In this document: one piece after another, positions 1 through 8,867 of the stretch | How positions within the stretch are numbered: position 1 is the stretch's first letter | Layout of the letters: every line of letters starts with the position of its first letter | DNA from: Chitinophagaceae bacterium | Lineage (GTDB): Bacteria > Bacteroidota > Bacteroidia > Chitinophagales > Chitinophagaceae | Length of the DNA: 64,000 nucleotides | Direction: 5' to 3' | Assembly: GCA_039811185.1 (NCBI GenBank) | Contig: JBDHYF010000001.1 | Span: 34,458-98,457 of the forward strand | Program-made: the position numbers and the translations under genes | The notes under the pieces: generated by a model | What the model was told of the DNA's origin: nothing | The model's input: the letters and a program-made list of their open reading frames with translations, nothing else | Database searches by the model: none

Positions 1-882
1 GTGGCATTCTTAACAGCAGCCACCCGACGCCTCGCCGGAAAACGCACTTCAAGCTCCGTTAAAATTAGCTTTTCAGGTTTATGGACGCTTGGCTTAATCA
101 GCGCAATTCTTTTAGTGGCATCTATTGTAAAAGACTTTAAACATAAAGGCCGCATCGAGGAAAACGTGAACATCACTACAGGCGCATTCAGTACACTCGA
201 AATTAAATCTACATCCGACTACTACTCTTCCGATGGATCGCTTTGGTTAAAGATTGAACCGTTTGCCAACAACAGCTCCGATTCTATTAAACTGAAAAAC
301 GTTCGTGTAAGAGTTTTTAAATCGACCGATTCTCTTTATCATGCAAAGCTGCTCAAGTTTGCCAAAGGCGCCAGCCGCGCACAGGCTATGCAAAACGCAG
401 GTAAAATAGAGTTTACCGTGGAGCAGACCGACAGTACGCTGAAAGTGAGTAATGGTTTCGGACTAAGTACCAACCAAAAGTTCCGCGACCAATATGTTGA
501 GCTTTTCATTTATGTTCCGGTGGGTAAGCGCATAAGAATAAACGAAAATGTTTCGCACGGCAGAGTGGGTACCATCAGCCTGGGAAATGAAAGCTGGCGC
601 TGGAACGACATGGACGATGAGCTTGACTATGATTTTAACCGAACCTACGAAATGACAATTGACGGATTAAAAAGCCTGGAAGCCGATGAACCCAACCCAT
701 CGGATAAATTTGAGGAGGACAATGAGTACGAATATCGGTACGACGAATCTGTTTTTTCTAATCTGAAGTCATTTTCAAAAAGCCGGTACCGCATCAACGT
801 TCGCCCTTCGGAGGGGGAAGTTTCGCGCGATTATGATTTCTTCCACATTACAAAAAGCACTTTCCTGCTTTCAAAATTTTAG
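1..882 (+). CDS. Hypothetical membrane-anchored protein, 5' end cut by window edge
   Basis: The frame is open from base 1 to TAG at 880-882. It has one hydrophobic helix (LWTLGLISAILLVASIV) followed by an about 250 aa beta-rich domain. No family recognised. Confidence 0.55.
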   Translation: MAFLTAATRRLAGKRTSSSVKISFSGLWTLGLISAILLVASIVKDFKHKGRIEENVNITTGAFSTLEIKSTSDYYSSDGSLWLKIEPFANNSSDSIKLKNVRVRVFKSTDSLYHAKLLKFAKGASRAQAMQNAGKIEFTVEQTDSTLKVSNGFGLSTNQKFRDQYVELFIYVPVGKRIRINENVSHGRVGTISLGNESWRWNDMDDELDYDFNRTYEMTIDGLKSLEADEPNPSDKFEEDNEYEYRYDESVFSNLKSFSKSRYRINVRPSEGEVSRDYDFFHITKSTFLLSKF

Positions 883-905
883 TTTCTTCATACAGCTCAA
901 AAAAC

Positions 906-935
906 GCCTCTTCATTCCTGAAGGGGCTCTTTGTT
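906..935 (+). terminator. Rho-independent terminator candidate after the first CDS
   Basis: 9-bp stem GCCTCTTCA/TGAAGGGGC (one G-U pair) with loop TTCC, followed by TCTTTGTT. Confidence 0.5.
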
Positions 936-994
936 GAATAGTATTTCCGTTTCTAAAAATAATCCACACTATCGAAACCGCTTCATATTTCAGT

Positions 995-1002
995 TAAGTT
1001 TG
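995..1002 (+). promoter_or_regulatory. Bacteroidota -7 promoter box TAAGTTTG (TAnnTTTG)
   Basis: Exact consensus match 17 nt upstream of ATG 1020. Confidence 0.45.
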
Positions 1003-1019
1003 TTGAAACCCAACGCCCG

Positions 1020-2150
1020 ATGGCTTTAGACAGCTTACACGATTTTCTGACGCCTGTAGATTTTAATGAAATTACAGGCGATGAAACCTACAACAGCAAA
1101 CACATAGGCTTTCATATTAAACGATGCAACGAACTACTGCATGCTGAAGACGCTGACCTGTTTATTATTGGTGTGCCGGAATTTCGCGGCGGATATCCGG
1201 CAGCCAAAGGCATGTCGGGGCTTGAAGACATAAGAAAAGAATTTTATGGCCTTTTCTACTGGCATTCCGAAATAAACATTTTCGATCTCGGCAACATAAA
1301 AAAAGGCGCCACCATCGCCGATACGTATGCTGCATTAAAAACGGTTGTTAAAGAAATCATTTCTGCAAACAAACGGGTGCTGATACTCGGCGGCTCCCAC
1401 GATCTTACCATTGCTCAATATCAGGCGTACGCCGAACTTCAAAAAGTAGTTGAACTTACCGTGGTAGACGCGCTGATTGATTTTGATATGGAAAGCCCTA
1501 TCCCCGAGCGTAACTTTCTGATGCAGCTTTTTACATCCGAACCAAACTTTATCAACCACTACAACCATCTGGCTTTCCAAAGCTACTTTGTACATCCGTC
1601 GATGCTTGAAACAATCGACAAACTAAGATTTGATTGTTACCGGACGGGAGTGGTTAAAGAGCAGATAGAGGAGATGGAACCTGTTGTTCGAAACGCTGAT
1701 TTAATCAGTTTCGATATCAGCGCCATTCAGCATGCGCATGCACCGGCAAACACACTTAGCCCTAACGGACTTACAGGCGAGGAGGCGTGCACACTGATGC
1801 AGTTTGCGGGTATGAGTAACAAAGCAAGCACAATCGGTATTTATGGTTACAATGCATCAACCGATTTGCATCAGCTCACTGCAAAACAAATCAGTCACAT
1901 GATGTGGTATGTTTTAGACGGGATTTACAAACTGAAACAAGAAGCAGAAATATCGGATGCCGACCACTTCAATCAGTTTAAAATGGCCTTTAGCGAAGTA
2001 GAAGCCACCTTTTTACAAAGCAAGAGAACAGGCCGTTGGTGGATGCTGATGCCCGATGGCGCCTACATTTCCTGTAGCAAAAACGACTATCTGATGGCGT
2101 GTCAAAACGAAATTCCGGAGCGGTGGATGCGTGCAATGGAAAGAAGTTAG
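1020..2150 (+). CDS. Arginase/formiminoglutamase-fold (ureohydrolase family) protein with atypical metal-ligand set
   Basis: ATG start. Ureohydrolase blocks are recognisable: LILGGSHD, VVDALIDFD, ISFDISAIQHAHAPANTLSPNGLTGEE. Two canonical ligands appear substituted (see findings). Confidence 0.7.
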   Translation: MALDSLHDFLTPVDFNEITGDETYNSKHIGFHIKRCNELLHAEDADLFIIGVPEFRGGYPAAKGMSGLEDIRKEFYGLFYWHSEINIFDLGNIKKGATIADTYAALKTVVKEIISANKRVLILGGSHDLTIAQYQAYAELQKVVELTVVDALIDFDMESPIPERNFLMQLFTSEPNFINHYNHLAFQSYFVHPSMLETIDKLRFDCYRTGVVKEQIEEMEPVVRNADLISFDISAIQHAHAPANTLSPNGLTGEEACTLMQFAGMSNKASTIGIYGYNASTDLHQLTAKQISHMMWYVLDGIYKLKQEAEISDADHFNQFKMAFSEVEATFLQSKRTGRWWMLMPDGAYISCSKNDYLMACQNEIPERWMRAMERS

Positions 2151-2261
2151 TGAAACCCCTTTAAACCCCTTCCACAACCGCCCGGCATCGAGCCTTCCAA
2201 CCGTTCAACAGTCGCATTCAACGTTTGTAGAAAATTGATATAAAAACCGTTTATACTTATT

Positions 2262-2269
2262 TACATTTG
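2262..2269 (+). promoter_or_regulatory. -7 box TACATTTG abutting the TolC-family start
   Basis: Exact TAnnTTTG match with 6 nt between the box and ATG 2276. Confidence 0.45.
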
Positions 2270-2275
2270 TTTTAT

Positions 2276-3616
2276 ATGCGAAAATTATATGCACTGATTT
2301 TCCTTGCACTTCCGGTTTTCGGAATTGCGCAGGAAAAGTGGGATTTAAAACGCTGCGTGGAGTATGCCATGAAAAATAATGTGTCGGTAAAGCAGGCCGA
2401 CATCGATGCGAGGGCTGCCGCGCTGCAACTTCAGCAAAACAAACTTGCTCAATATCCGGGACTCAGCTTTTCCACCTCGGCAGGTTTGCAGTTTGGCAAA
2501 TCCATCGACCCCACAACCAATCAGTTTACCACAGAGCCTTTCTTTTTTCAAGATTATCAGCTTGGTGGCAGGGTGCAGTTGGTAGGTTGGAACCGTTTAA
2601 ACAACAACACCAAAGGCTCGGAGTTTATGCTAACCGCACGCCTTGCGGGTATTGAAAAAGCGGCAAACGATATTGCATTAAATGTGGCTACCTACTACCT
2701 GCAAACGCTGGGGTCTTTACAGCAAATTGAAATCAGCAAAATTCAAATTGCACAAACAAAAATTCAATACAACAACGTAAAAGCAAGGGTGGACGCCGGT
2801 GCGCTTCCAGAATTAAACTTTGCCGAAGTGGAAGCTCAGCTGGCTACCGACAGTGCAAACTTAATTACCGCTGAAACGCAGTACGATCAAAACCTGCTGC
2901 TACTGAAAGGCCTTTTAAATCTGGATCCGGCCACTCCTTTCGATATTGAAAAGCCCGATATTGAAAATATTCCGCTGGAAAACCTTGCGGAGCTCGAACC
3001 ATCTGTTGTGTATGCCATTGCCGCCAACACCTTTCCGCAGCAGAAAATGTATTCCAGCCTGATAAAAGGCGCCGAATACAACATCAAAGCCGCCAAAGCG
3101 GCGCTTTACCCCACCATCAGCGGTGGATATGGCCTAAGCACTGCGTTTAACAACAAGGCCTATGAAGTAGTGGGAAGTTCACTGAAAAAGATGGGATATG
3201 CCTCGCAGGTAGAGCGCAACTTTCAGCAAAATATTTCTGCCACCCTTTCGGTTCCCATCTTCAACAACGGAACCTATCGCACCGCCTACCGCAACAGTTT
3301 ATTGAATTTGGAGACTTATCAGTTAGATCAGTACCGCGCCGACCTACAACTAAAACAAGACATCTATACCGCTTACAACAATGCCATCTCGGCCATGAAA
3401 AAATACTACGCCGGTAAGAAATCGGTGGAGTCGGCACAGAAGGCCTACGATTTTGCCCAAAAACGCTGGGATGTAGGCCTCCTCACCACAAGCGATTTAC
3501 TAACCACACAAAACCGGCTGCTCAATGCGAAACTGCAAGAGCTTTCCAACCAGATAGATTATGTATTCCGAATTAAACTGCTGGAATTTTATAAAGGCCA
3601 GGGATTAAAACTTTAA
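2276..3616 (+). CDS. TolC-family outer membrane efflux protein
   Basis: The ORF track starts at TTG 2267. ATG 2276 gives the signal peptide MRKLYALIFLALPVFGIAQE. The about 445 aa length and internally repeated helical/beta architecture are typical of outer membrane efflux proteins. The MFP gene follows 10 nt downstream. Confidence 0.85.
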   Translation: MRKLYALIFLALPVFGIAQEKWDLKRCVEYAMKNNVSVKQADIDARAAALQLQQNKLAQYPGLSFSTSAGLQFGKSIDPTTNQFTTEPFFFQDYQLGGRVQLVGWNRLNNNTKGSEFMLTARLAGIEKAANDIALNVATYYLQTLGSLQQIEISKIQIAQTKIQYNNVKARVDAGALPELNFAEVEAQLATDSANLITAETQYDQNLLLLKGLLNLDPATPFDIEKPDIENIPLENLAELEPSVVYAIAANTFPQQKMYSSLIKGAEYNIKAAKAALYPTISGGYGLSTAFNNKAYEVVGSSLKKMGYASQVERNFQQNISATLSVPIFNNGTYRTAYRNSLLNLETYQLDQYRADLQLKQDIYTAYNNAISAMKKYYAGKKSVESAQKAYDFAQKRWDVGLLTTSDLLTTQNRLLNAKLQELSNQIDYVFRIKLLEFYKGQGLKL

Positions 3617-3626
3617 AAACGAACGT

Positions 3627-4973
3627 ATGAGCAAAAATGTTAAATGGATTCTGATATCTCTTGTGGCGGTTGTTGTGTTGCTGATTGTTTTAAAAGCAGC
3701 AGGTGTGTTTGGTAAAGAAGAAGGCATTGAAGTAACTACCGAAAAAGTAAGCAGACAAACCATTATTGAAACCGTAAATGCCAGCGGAAAAATATTTCCT
3801 GAAGTAGAAGTGAAGGTTAGCCCCGACATCTCCGGAGAGGTAGTGGAACTCACGGTTTCCGAAGGCGATACAGTAAAAAAAGGACAGGTGCTGGCTAAAA
3901 TTTATGCAGATATTTATGCTTCGCAGAAAGACCAGGCCGCAGCGGGTGTTTCGCAAACTCAGGCGCAGGTAGAAAACTCGAAGGCACAACTCGGCGCACT
4001 GAAAGCATCGCTCGATCAGGCAAAAAACAATTACGACAGACAGAAAAAACTCTACGACCAAAAAGTAATTTCCAAAAGCGAATTTGAGCAGGCAGAACAA
4101 TCCTACCTGTCGGCTGTGGCAAACTACAAAGCAACCGAACAAAGCATAAAAGCCGGCCTCGCAAATGTGCAAAGCGCTATTGCAAGCCTTAATCGCGCAA
4201 GTAAAGATGTAAACCGTGCAACCATTGTTGCACCTATGAGCGGAGTGGTGAGCTTGCTGGCGGTAAAAAAGGGAGAACGGGTAGTAGGTACCGCACAAAT
4301 GGCGGGAACCGAAATGATGCGTATCGCTGATTTAAACAGCATTGAAACGCAGGTTGACGTAGGAGAAAACGACATTCCAAAGGTTCGCATTGGCGACACC
4401 GCTTTGGTTTCGGTGGATGCCTATAACAACCGAAGCTTCAAAGGGGTGGTGTACAAAATAGCCAATCCAACCATATCGTCTTCGGCCATCGGCAACACCA
4501 CCGTAACCAACTACAAAGTACATATCCGGCTAATACCTGCCTCCTACGCCAACCTCATTAAGCCCGGAATGCCGTTCCCTTTTCGTCCGAATATGAGCGC
4601 CAGCGCCGATATTCAAACGGAAACAAAACAGAACGTCATCAGCATTCCCATTAACGCCGTAACTACCCGAACTCCAAAGGAAGACGGAAAGGAAGAGAAG
4701 AACGCAAAGCAAGATGAAAGCACAACAGGCGATGATACCAACGCTTCAAAAACCGACGGCCTGCAAGAAGTAGTTTTTGTGCTGCAAAAAGACAATACTG
4801 TTAAACAGGTGAAAGTAAAAACCGGAATTCAGGACATCAACAATATTGAAATTGTTTCCGGCTTGTCGGAAGGCGATGAAGTGGTTACCGGACCCTACAA
4901 CACGGTAAGCAAAACTTTGAAAGATAAAACCAAGGTGAAGACCGCTAAAAAAACCGGAAAGCCGTCTAAATAA
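3627..4973 (+). CDS. Efflux periplasmic adaptor (membrane fusion protein, HlyD/MacA type)
   Basis: It has an N-terminal TM anchor, a lipoyl-like motif (GDTVKKGQVLAKI), a long coiled-coil hairpin, and beta-barrel domains. It carries an acidic/lysine-rich insertion and a K-rich tail. Confidence 0.85.
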   Translation: MSKNVKWILISLVAVVVLLIVLKAAGVFGKEEGIEVTTEKVSRQTIIETVNASGKIFPEVEVKVSPDISGEVVELTVSEGDTVKKGQVLAKIYADIYASQKDQAAAGVSQTQAQVENSKAQLGALKASLDQAKNNYDRQKKLYDQKVISKSEFEQAEQSYLSAVANYKATEQSIKAGLANVQSAIASLNRASKDVNRATIVAPMSGVVSLLAVKKGERVVGTAQMAGTEMMRIADLNSIETQVDVGENDIPKVRIGDTALVSVDAYNNRSFKGVVYKIANPTISSSAIGNTTVTNYKVHIRLIPASYANLIKPGMPFPFRPNMSASADIQTETKQNVISIPINAVTTRTPKEDGKEEKNAKQDESTTGDDTNASKTDGLQEVVFVLQKDNTVKQVKVKTGIQDINNIEIVSGLSEGDEVVTGPYNTVSKTLKDKTKVKTAKKTGKPSK

Positions 4974-5052
4974 AAAAATAAAGAAAAATTTTACTATTTG
5001 AAAATTACCGCTATTTTTGTTTCGGTTTTTCATAGGATATTGGATTTTAAAA

Positions 5053-5085
5053 CGGGGTAGGATTTTCATCCACGCCCCTTTTTTT
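5053..5085. terminator. Terminator candidate between the convergent MFP gene and uvrC
   Basis: GGGGT..GGA/TCC..GCCCC interrupted stem flanked by AAAA upstream and a T7 run downstream. It overlaps the uvrC stop. Confidence 0.4.
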
Positions 5086-6895
5086 ATGCCTTTTCGGGAT
5101 GAAAATAATTCCATACCACCGCAGCTCTTGCTGCACCTGCTACCCGTGCCAGTTCTTCCTTCGGCTGCTCCCTGATGTTTTTTACCGATTTAAAATGTTT
5201 TAGTAACGAAAGCGCTGTTCGTTTACCAATGCCCGGAATGTTTTCCAACTCGTTCCCTAAAGCATTCTTTGAGCGAAGCTGACGGTGAAAGTTAATTCCG
5301 AAATTGTGCACTTCGTCCCTGATGCGCCTTAGGAGCTTGAGGCTTGAGCTGTCCCAATCTAATTTCAGCGACTGGCTGTCACCGGGAAAAAAAATTTCTT
5401 CTTCGTTTTTGGCTAATCCCACCACCGTAAGTTTTCCCTTCAGCTTTAACTGTTCAATACTCTCCATTGCTGCGCTGAGCTGTCCTTTTCCGCCATCGAT
5501 AATTACCAGTTGCGGCAGTTCCTGTTTCTCGGCAAGCAGTCTTGTATATCTTCTTAAAACAACTTCCTTCATGGTGGCAAAATCATTAATGCCTTCCACC
5601 GTCTTCACTTTAAAATGGCGATAATCTTTTTTGCTCGGCATTCCATTTTTAAAACTCACCATAGCCGACACAGGAAAAGTTCCATGCAAATTGGAGTTGT
5701 CGAAACACTCAATGTTATAGGGGACCTCGGGCAGTTTCAGGTCCTGCTGCAACACGATCAGCACGTCTTTAATTTCGGTTTCAGTTTTACCCTCCACATG
5801 CAGTAGCTTTCTGCGTTGAATTTCTTTTTGAAAATAGGTTACGTTTTGCACTGAAAGGTCGAGGAGCTTTTTTCGTTCGCCGGCTTTCGGCACCGTAACA
5901 GCAACATCGGTATAGGGAAGCGCAACAGCAACCGGCACAATTACCTCCGGCGCATTGCTGTTAAACGACGAACGCAAATGATGGATGGCAAAGCTCAGCA
6001 CATCTTCCTCCGTTTCCTCAACAGGCGTTTTTAACTCGATGGTGTGTGTTTGAACAATGGTTCCGTTCTGCACCATCAGATAGTTTACATAAGCGTGCTG
6101 ATGTTCTTTCAACACCGAAAAAACATCCGCTTCCTTTACATGCTTTGCAATAATGATGGAGCTTGCCTGATAGTCTTCAAGGCCCTGAATTTTTTTGCGC
6201 ATAGCTTCGGCTTTTTCAAACTCAAGCGAAGCGGCAAAATCCTGCATCTGCCTGCGATAGCTCTGAATAACGGGCTGCAGATTTCCCTTCAATATTTGCG
6301 TTACCTGCTGCAACCCGCTGTTATAATCTTCTTCCGTCTGAAATCCTTCGCACGGCCCTTTACAGTTTCCCAAATGGTATTCAAGACAAACCTTAAACTT
6401 CTTCTTCGCTATGTTTTGAGGAGATAAGTTGAGCTTACAAGTGCGCAGCAGCACGTACTGCCTGATGAAGGTGAGCAAATCCCGCACCTTGCGCACGGAG
6501 GTAAACGGCCCAAGATATTGCGACCCGTCGTTTAGTTTATGGCGTGTAAAAAACACACGGGGAAAATGTTCATTTTTGATAACGATGTAGGGATAAGTTT
6601 TGTCGTCTTTAAGATTGATATTAAAGCGCGGTTGAAACTCTTTTATCAGCGAATTTTCGAGCAGAAAAGCATCCTGCTCCGAATTAACAATTGTGAACTC
6701 GATATGATCAATGCGTTTTACAAGCTCGTTTGTTTTATAGTTGTTGAGCGTTTTGGTGAAGTACGAACTCACGCGCTTTTTCAGGTTCTTTGCCTTACCA
6801 ACATATAAAAGCTCGTTGTGCTGATCGAAGTATTTATAAATGCCCGGAGCCGAAGGAATGGTGGAAGCGATTTGTTGAAATTCGATTTGCGTCAT
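5084..6895 (-). CDS. uvrC: Excinuclease ABC subunit C
   Basis: It has a GIY-YIG N-terminus (GIYKYFD...LYVGKAKNLKKRVSSYF), a UvrBC domain and a C-terminal HhH (IPGIGKRTALSLLKHF). Length is 603 aa. Confidence 0.95.
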   Translation of the reverse strand: MTQIEFQQIASTIPSAPGIYKYFDQHNELLYVGKAKNLKKRVSSYFTKTLNNYKTNELVKRIDHIEFTIVNSEQDAFLLENSLIKEFQPRFNINLKDDKTYPYIVIKNEHFPRVFFTRHKLNDGSQYLGPFTSVRKVRDLLTFIRQYVLLRTCKLNLSPQNIAKKKFKVCLEYHLGNCKGPCEGFQTEEDYNSGLQQVTQILKGNLQPVIQSYRRQMQDFAASLEFEKAEAMRKKIQGLEDYQASSIIIAKHVKEADVFSVLKEHQHAYVNYLMVQNGTIVQTHTIELKTPVEETEEDVLSFAIHHLRSSFNSNAPEVIVPVAVALPYTDVAVTVPKAGERKKLLDLSVQNVTYFQKEIQRRKLLHVEGKTETEIKDVLIVLQQDLKLPEVPYNIECFDNSNLHGTFPVSAMVSFKNGMPSKKDYRHFKVKTVEGINDFATMKEVVLRRYTRLLAEKQELPQLVIIDGGKGQLSAAMESIEQLKLKGKLTVVGLAKNEEEIFFPGDSQSLKLDWDSSSLKLLRRIRDEVHNFGINFHRQLRSKNALGNELENIPGIGKRTALSLLKHFKSVKNIREQPKEELARVAGAARAAVVWNYFHPEKA

Positions 6896-6908
6896 AATAC
6901 GGGCTTAC

Positions 6909-7487
6909 CTACTGCCAGAAAACTTTTTTCTGAATCGTTTTTTCACTTCCATCCGAAAATGAAAGGATGCGATTGATGTAAAAATTGTTTTGCTCAAAAT
7001 TCCAACCAAGCTTTTCTATTACGGCACTGTCGCTGTTTTGAAAGCTTCGGTTAATAAAAATGCGATGCACCTTATCGCCATTTTCATCCATCAATATTTC
7101 CATCGATTTTACCGGATAGGCAGGATGAATGCTGGTGTACGACAAGGTTAGGCTATGCAATGTGGCATCGCTGAACGAAGCAGCGCGGTAATACCGCTTG
7201 GCGGGAACACTGTCGATATTGAAGTCGGTAAACTTATGCGCAAGGGCGGAGAACTGATCGTTGGTGAGTTGAACAGAATCACGCTTACCGCCATCAATTG
7301 TTATTGCATAGATGTAGTAAGGTTGAGTGATAACTTCCTCACTCGCCAGCTTCAATAAGCTGTTTGCCGGGTAAAAAAATGCGGAATCCGGTGTCAGCTC
7401 CTGCTGACGGCTTACGGCATTTCCGTTTTCGGTTGAAGCATTGCATCCAAAAACGATCATCAGCAGAACAGCGGCAAAAAATTTCAT
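6909..7487 (-). CDS. Hypothetical lipoprotein
   Basis: Signal peptide plus lipobox (LLMIVFGC). It lies 35 nt downstream of the sigma-coupled gene and 13 nt upstream of uvrC on the same strand. Confidence 0.6.
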   Translation of the reverse strand: MKFFAAVLLMIVFGCNASTENGNAVSRQQELTPDSAFFYPANSLLKLASEEVITQPYYIYAITIDGGKRDSVQLTNDQFSALAHKFTDFNIDSVPAKRYYRAASFSDATLHSLTLSYTSIHPAYPVKSMEILMDENGDKVHRIFINRSFQNSDSAVIEKLGWNFEQNNFYINRILSFSDGSEKTIQKKVFWQ

Positions 7488-7522
7488 TCTGCAAATTACA
7501 ACCGACTGTTTAAAAACTGAGG

Positions 7523-8866
7523 TTAATAAATAGACCTGCTTACGCCGACTTTAATGCCATAATCGAACAAAAATTCGCGAACAGGATATTTGTTGGAGTA
7601 AGTGGGCAGCTGTTGGTAACGGAACTGCGGCCCGATTTGCCACCTTAGTCCCCCGGATTTATAGGTGATAAAAGTTTCAACGCTGGTGTTGATGTTAAAC
7701 TCCCGCAACAGTTCGGAGCCATCGGCATAATGATTAAAATCGCTCGTCAATACCTGAGGTGATTTACTGAACACATAGGTAGGTTGAACGCTTGCACCGA
7801 TGCCCCAGGAAAGGCGGCTGCTGAAACTGCTTGTCCAATCAATTCCCACCGGAACAGAAACTTCGCTGTATTTGTTGCTGAGGGTAACAGGAAATGCGCC
7901 GGTACTGTTTTTAAATTTAGAAACGGTGGTCATCCGTTCGTTGTCCATCAGTTGAATAGAGGCGGGTTCATAATTATAAAGAAAAGCGTCCATTTCGTAT
8001 TGACGTACATTATACTGCAAGCCGGTTTTTAAAGTAAGCGAACGGTTGAGGCGGTAGCCCACACTCAAGCCCACTTCCATTCCCATAGAAGGCTTATGCC
8101 TTACCATTGCGTTTACATCGGAATGATAGCTTGCGTTTAAAGGAGCCGCGTTGTCTGCCAGATCGCGTGTTTTATCATCAAGCAACCTTCTGAAGGTGGC
8201 CGACCGTGCATAATAAAACTGAACCTGCCAAGGGGTAGACTTTTGCGCCAACAAAAGATTTTCTGTGCTCAGATGATCCGGTGCAGAAGTGTTGAGCGAA
8301 TGTTTCATCGATCGGTTCATCGCCACTGCATCGTCCGTAGATCTGTTATAAAAAGCCGCGATCACCGGCATTTCCTGCAATGTGATTCTATCGGGCACGG
8401 TTGCTACCGAAATCGATTTCAGCAAATCGAACTGAACTTCTGATTTCTTGATTGGCTTTTCAAAACCGGAATGGTTGGGCGCCAACGGAGCCGTATTCTC
8501 CTCGTGCACCGGCTGTTCAGGATCAACGTCCGGATGAGCATTCTCTTTTGCCTGCTGAATGGTTTTGTAAGTTAGATTGTTGGTGGCAATCTGTCGGGTG
8601 AAGTCGGCTTCACTATTTTTAGTCAAGGACGCAAAGCTGCCGTTAATTGTTTTTAAAACGGTTTCGTCCGGCTTAATAAATAAAGTTCCTATGGTTAGCA
8701 GTGCTAATACAACAAGGGCGGCAACGGAAAGTGCGGGCCATTTTGTTTTGCCGTGCATTTGCTGTTGAATGTTCTGCCATAAAAAATCGGAAGGATACAT
8801 GCGGTGGGCCGCTGCTTGTTTTTGCAGAAAATCTTCAAAATTTTCGTATGTACGCTGCCTCTTCAT
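7523..8866 (-). CDS. Putative anti-sigma-like transmembrane protein with C-terminal beta-barrel-like domain
   Basis: The start ATG lies 1 nt after the sigma stop (TGAgATG). The N-terminal segment is 43 aa with no Cys, followed by one TM (ALSVAALVVLALLTIGTLFI), a low-complexity linker, and an about 250 aa region of alternating beta-strand pattern ending ...GVSRSIY. Confidence 0.55.
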   Translation of the reverse strand: MKRQRTYENFEDFLQKQAAAHRMYPSDFLWQNIQQQMHGKTKWPALSVAALVVLALLTIGTLFIKPDETVLKTINGSFASLTKNSEADFTRQIATNNLTYKTIQQAKENAHPDVDPEQPVHEENTAPLAPNHSGFEKPIKKSEVQFDLLKSISVATVPDRITLQEMPVIAAFYNRSTDDAVAMNRSMKHSLNTSAPDHLSTENLLLAQKSTPWQVQFYYARSATFRRLLDDKTRDLADNAAPLNASYHSDVNAMVRHKPSMGMEVGLSVGYRLNRSLTLKTGLQYNVRQYEMDAFLYNYEPASIQLMDNERMTTVSKFKNSTGAFPVTLSNKYSEVSVPVGIDWTSSFSSRLSWGIGASVQPTYVFSKSPQVLTSDFNHYADGSELLREFNINTSVETFITYKSGGLRWQIGPQFRYQQLPTYSNKYPVREFLFDYGIKVGVSRSIY

Positions 8867-8867
8867 C

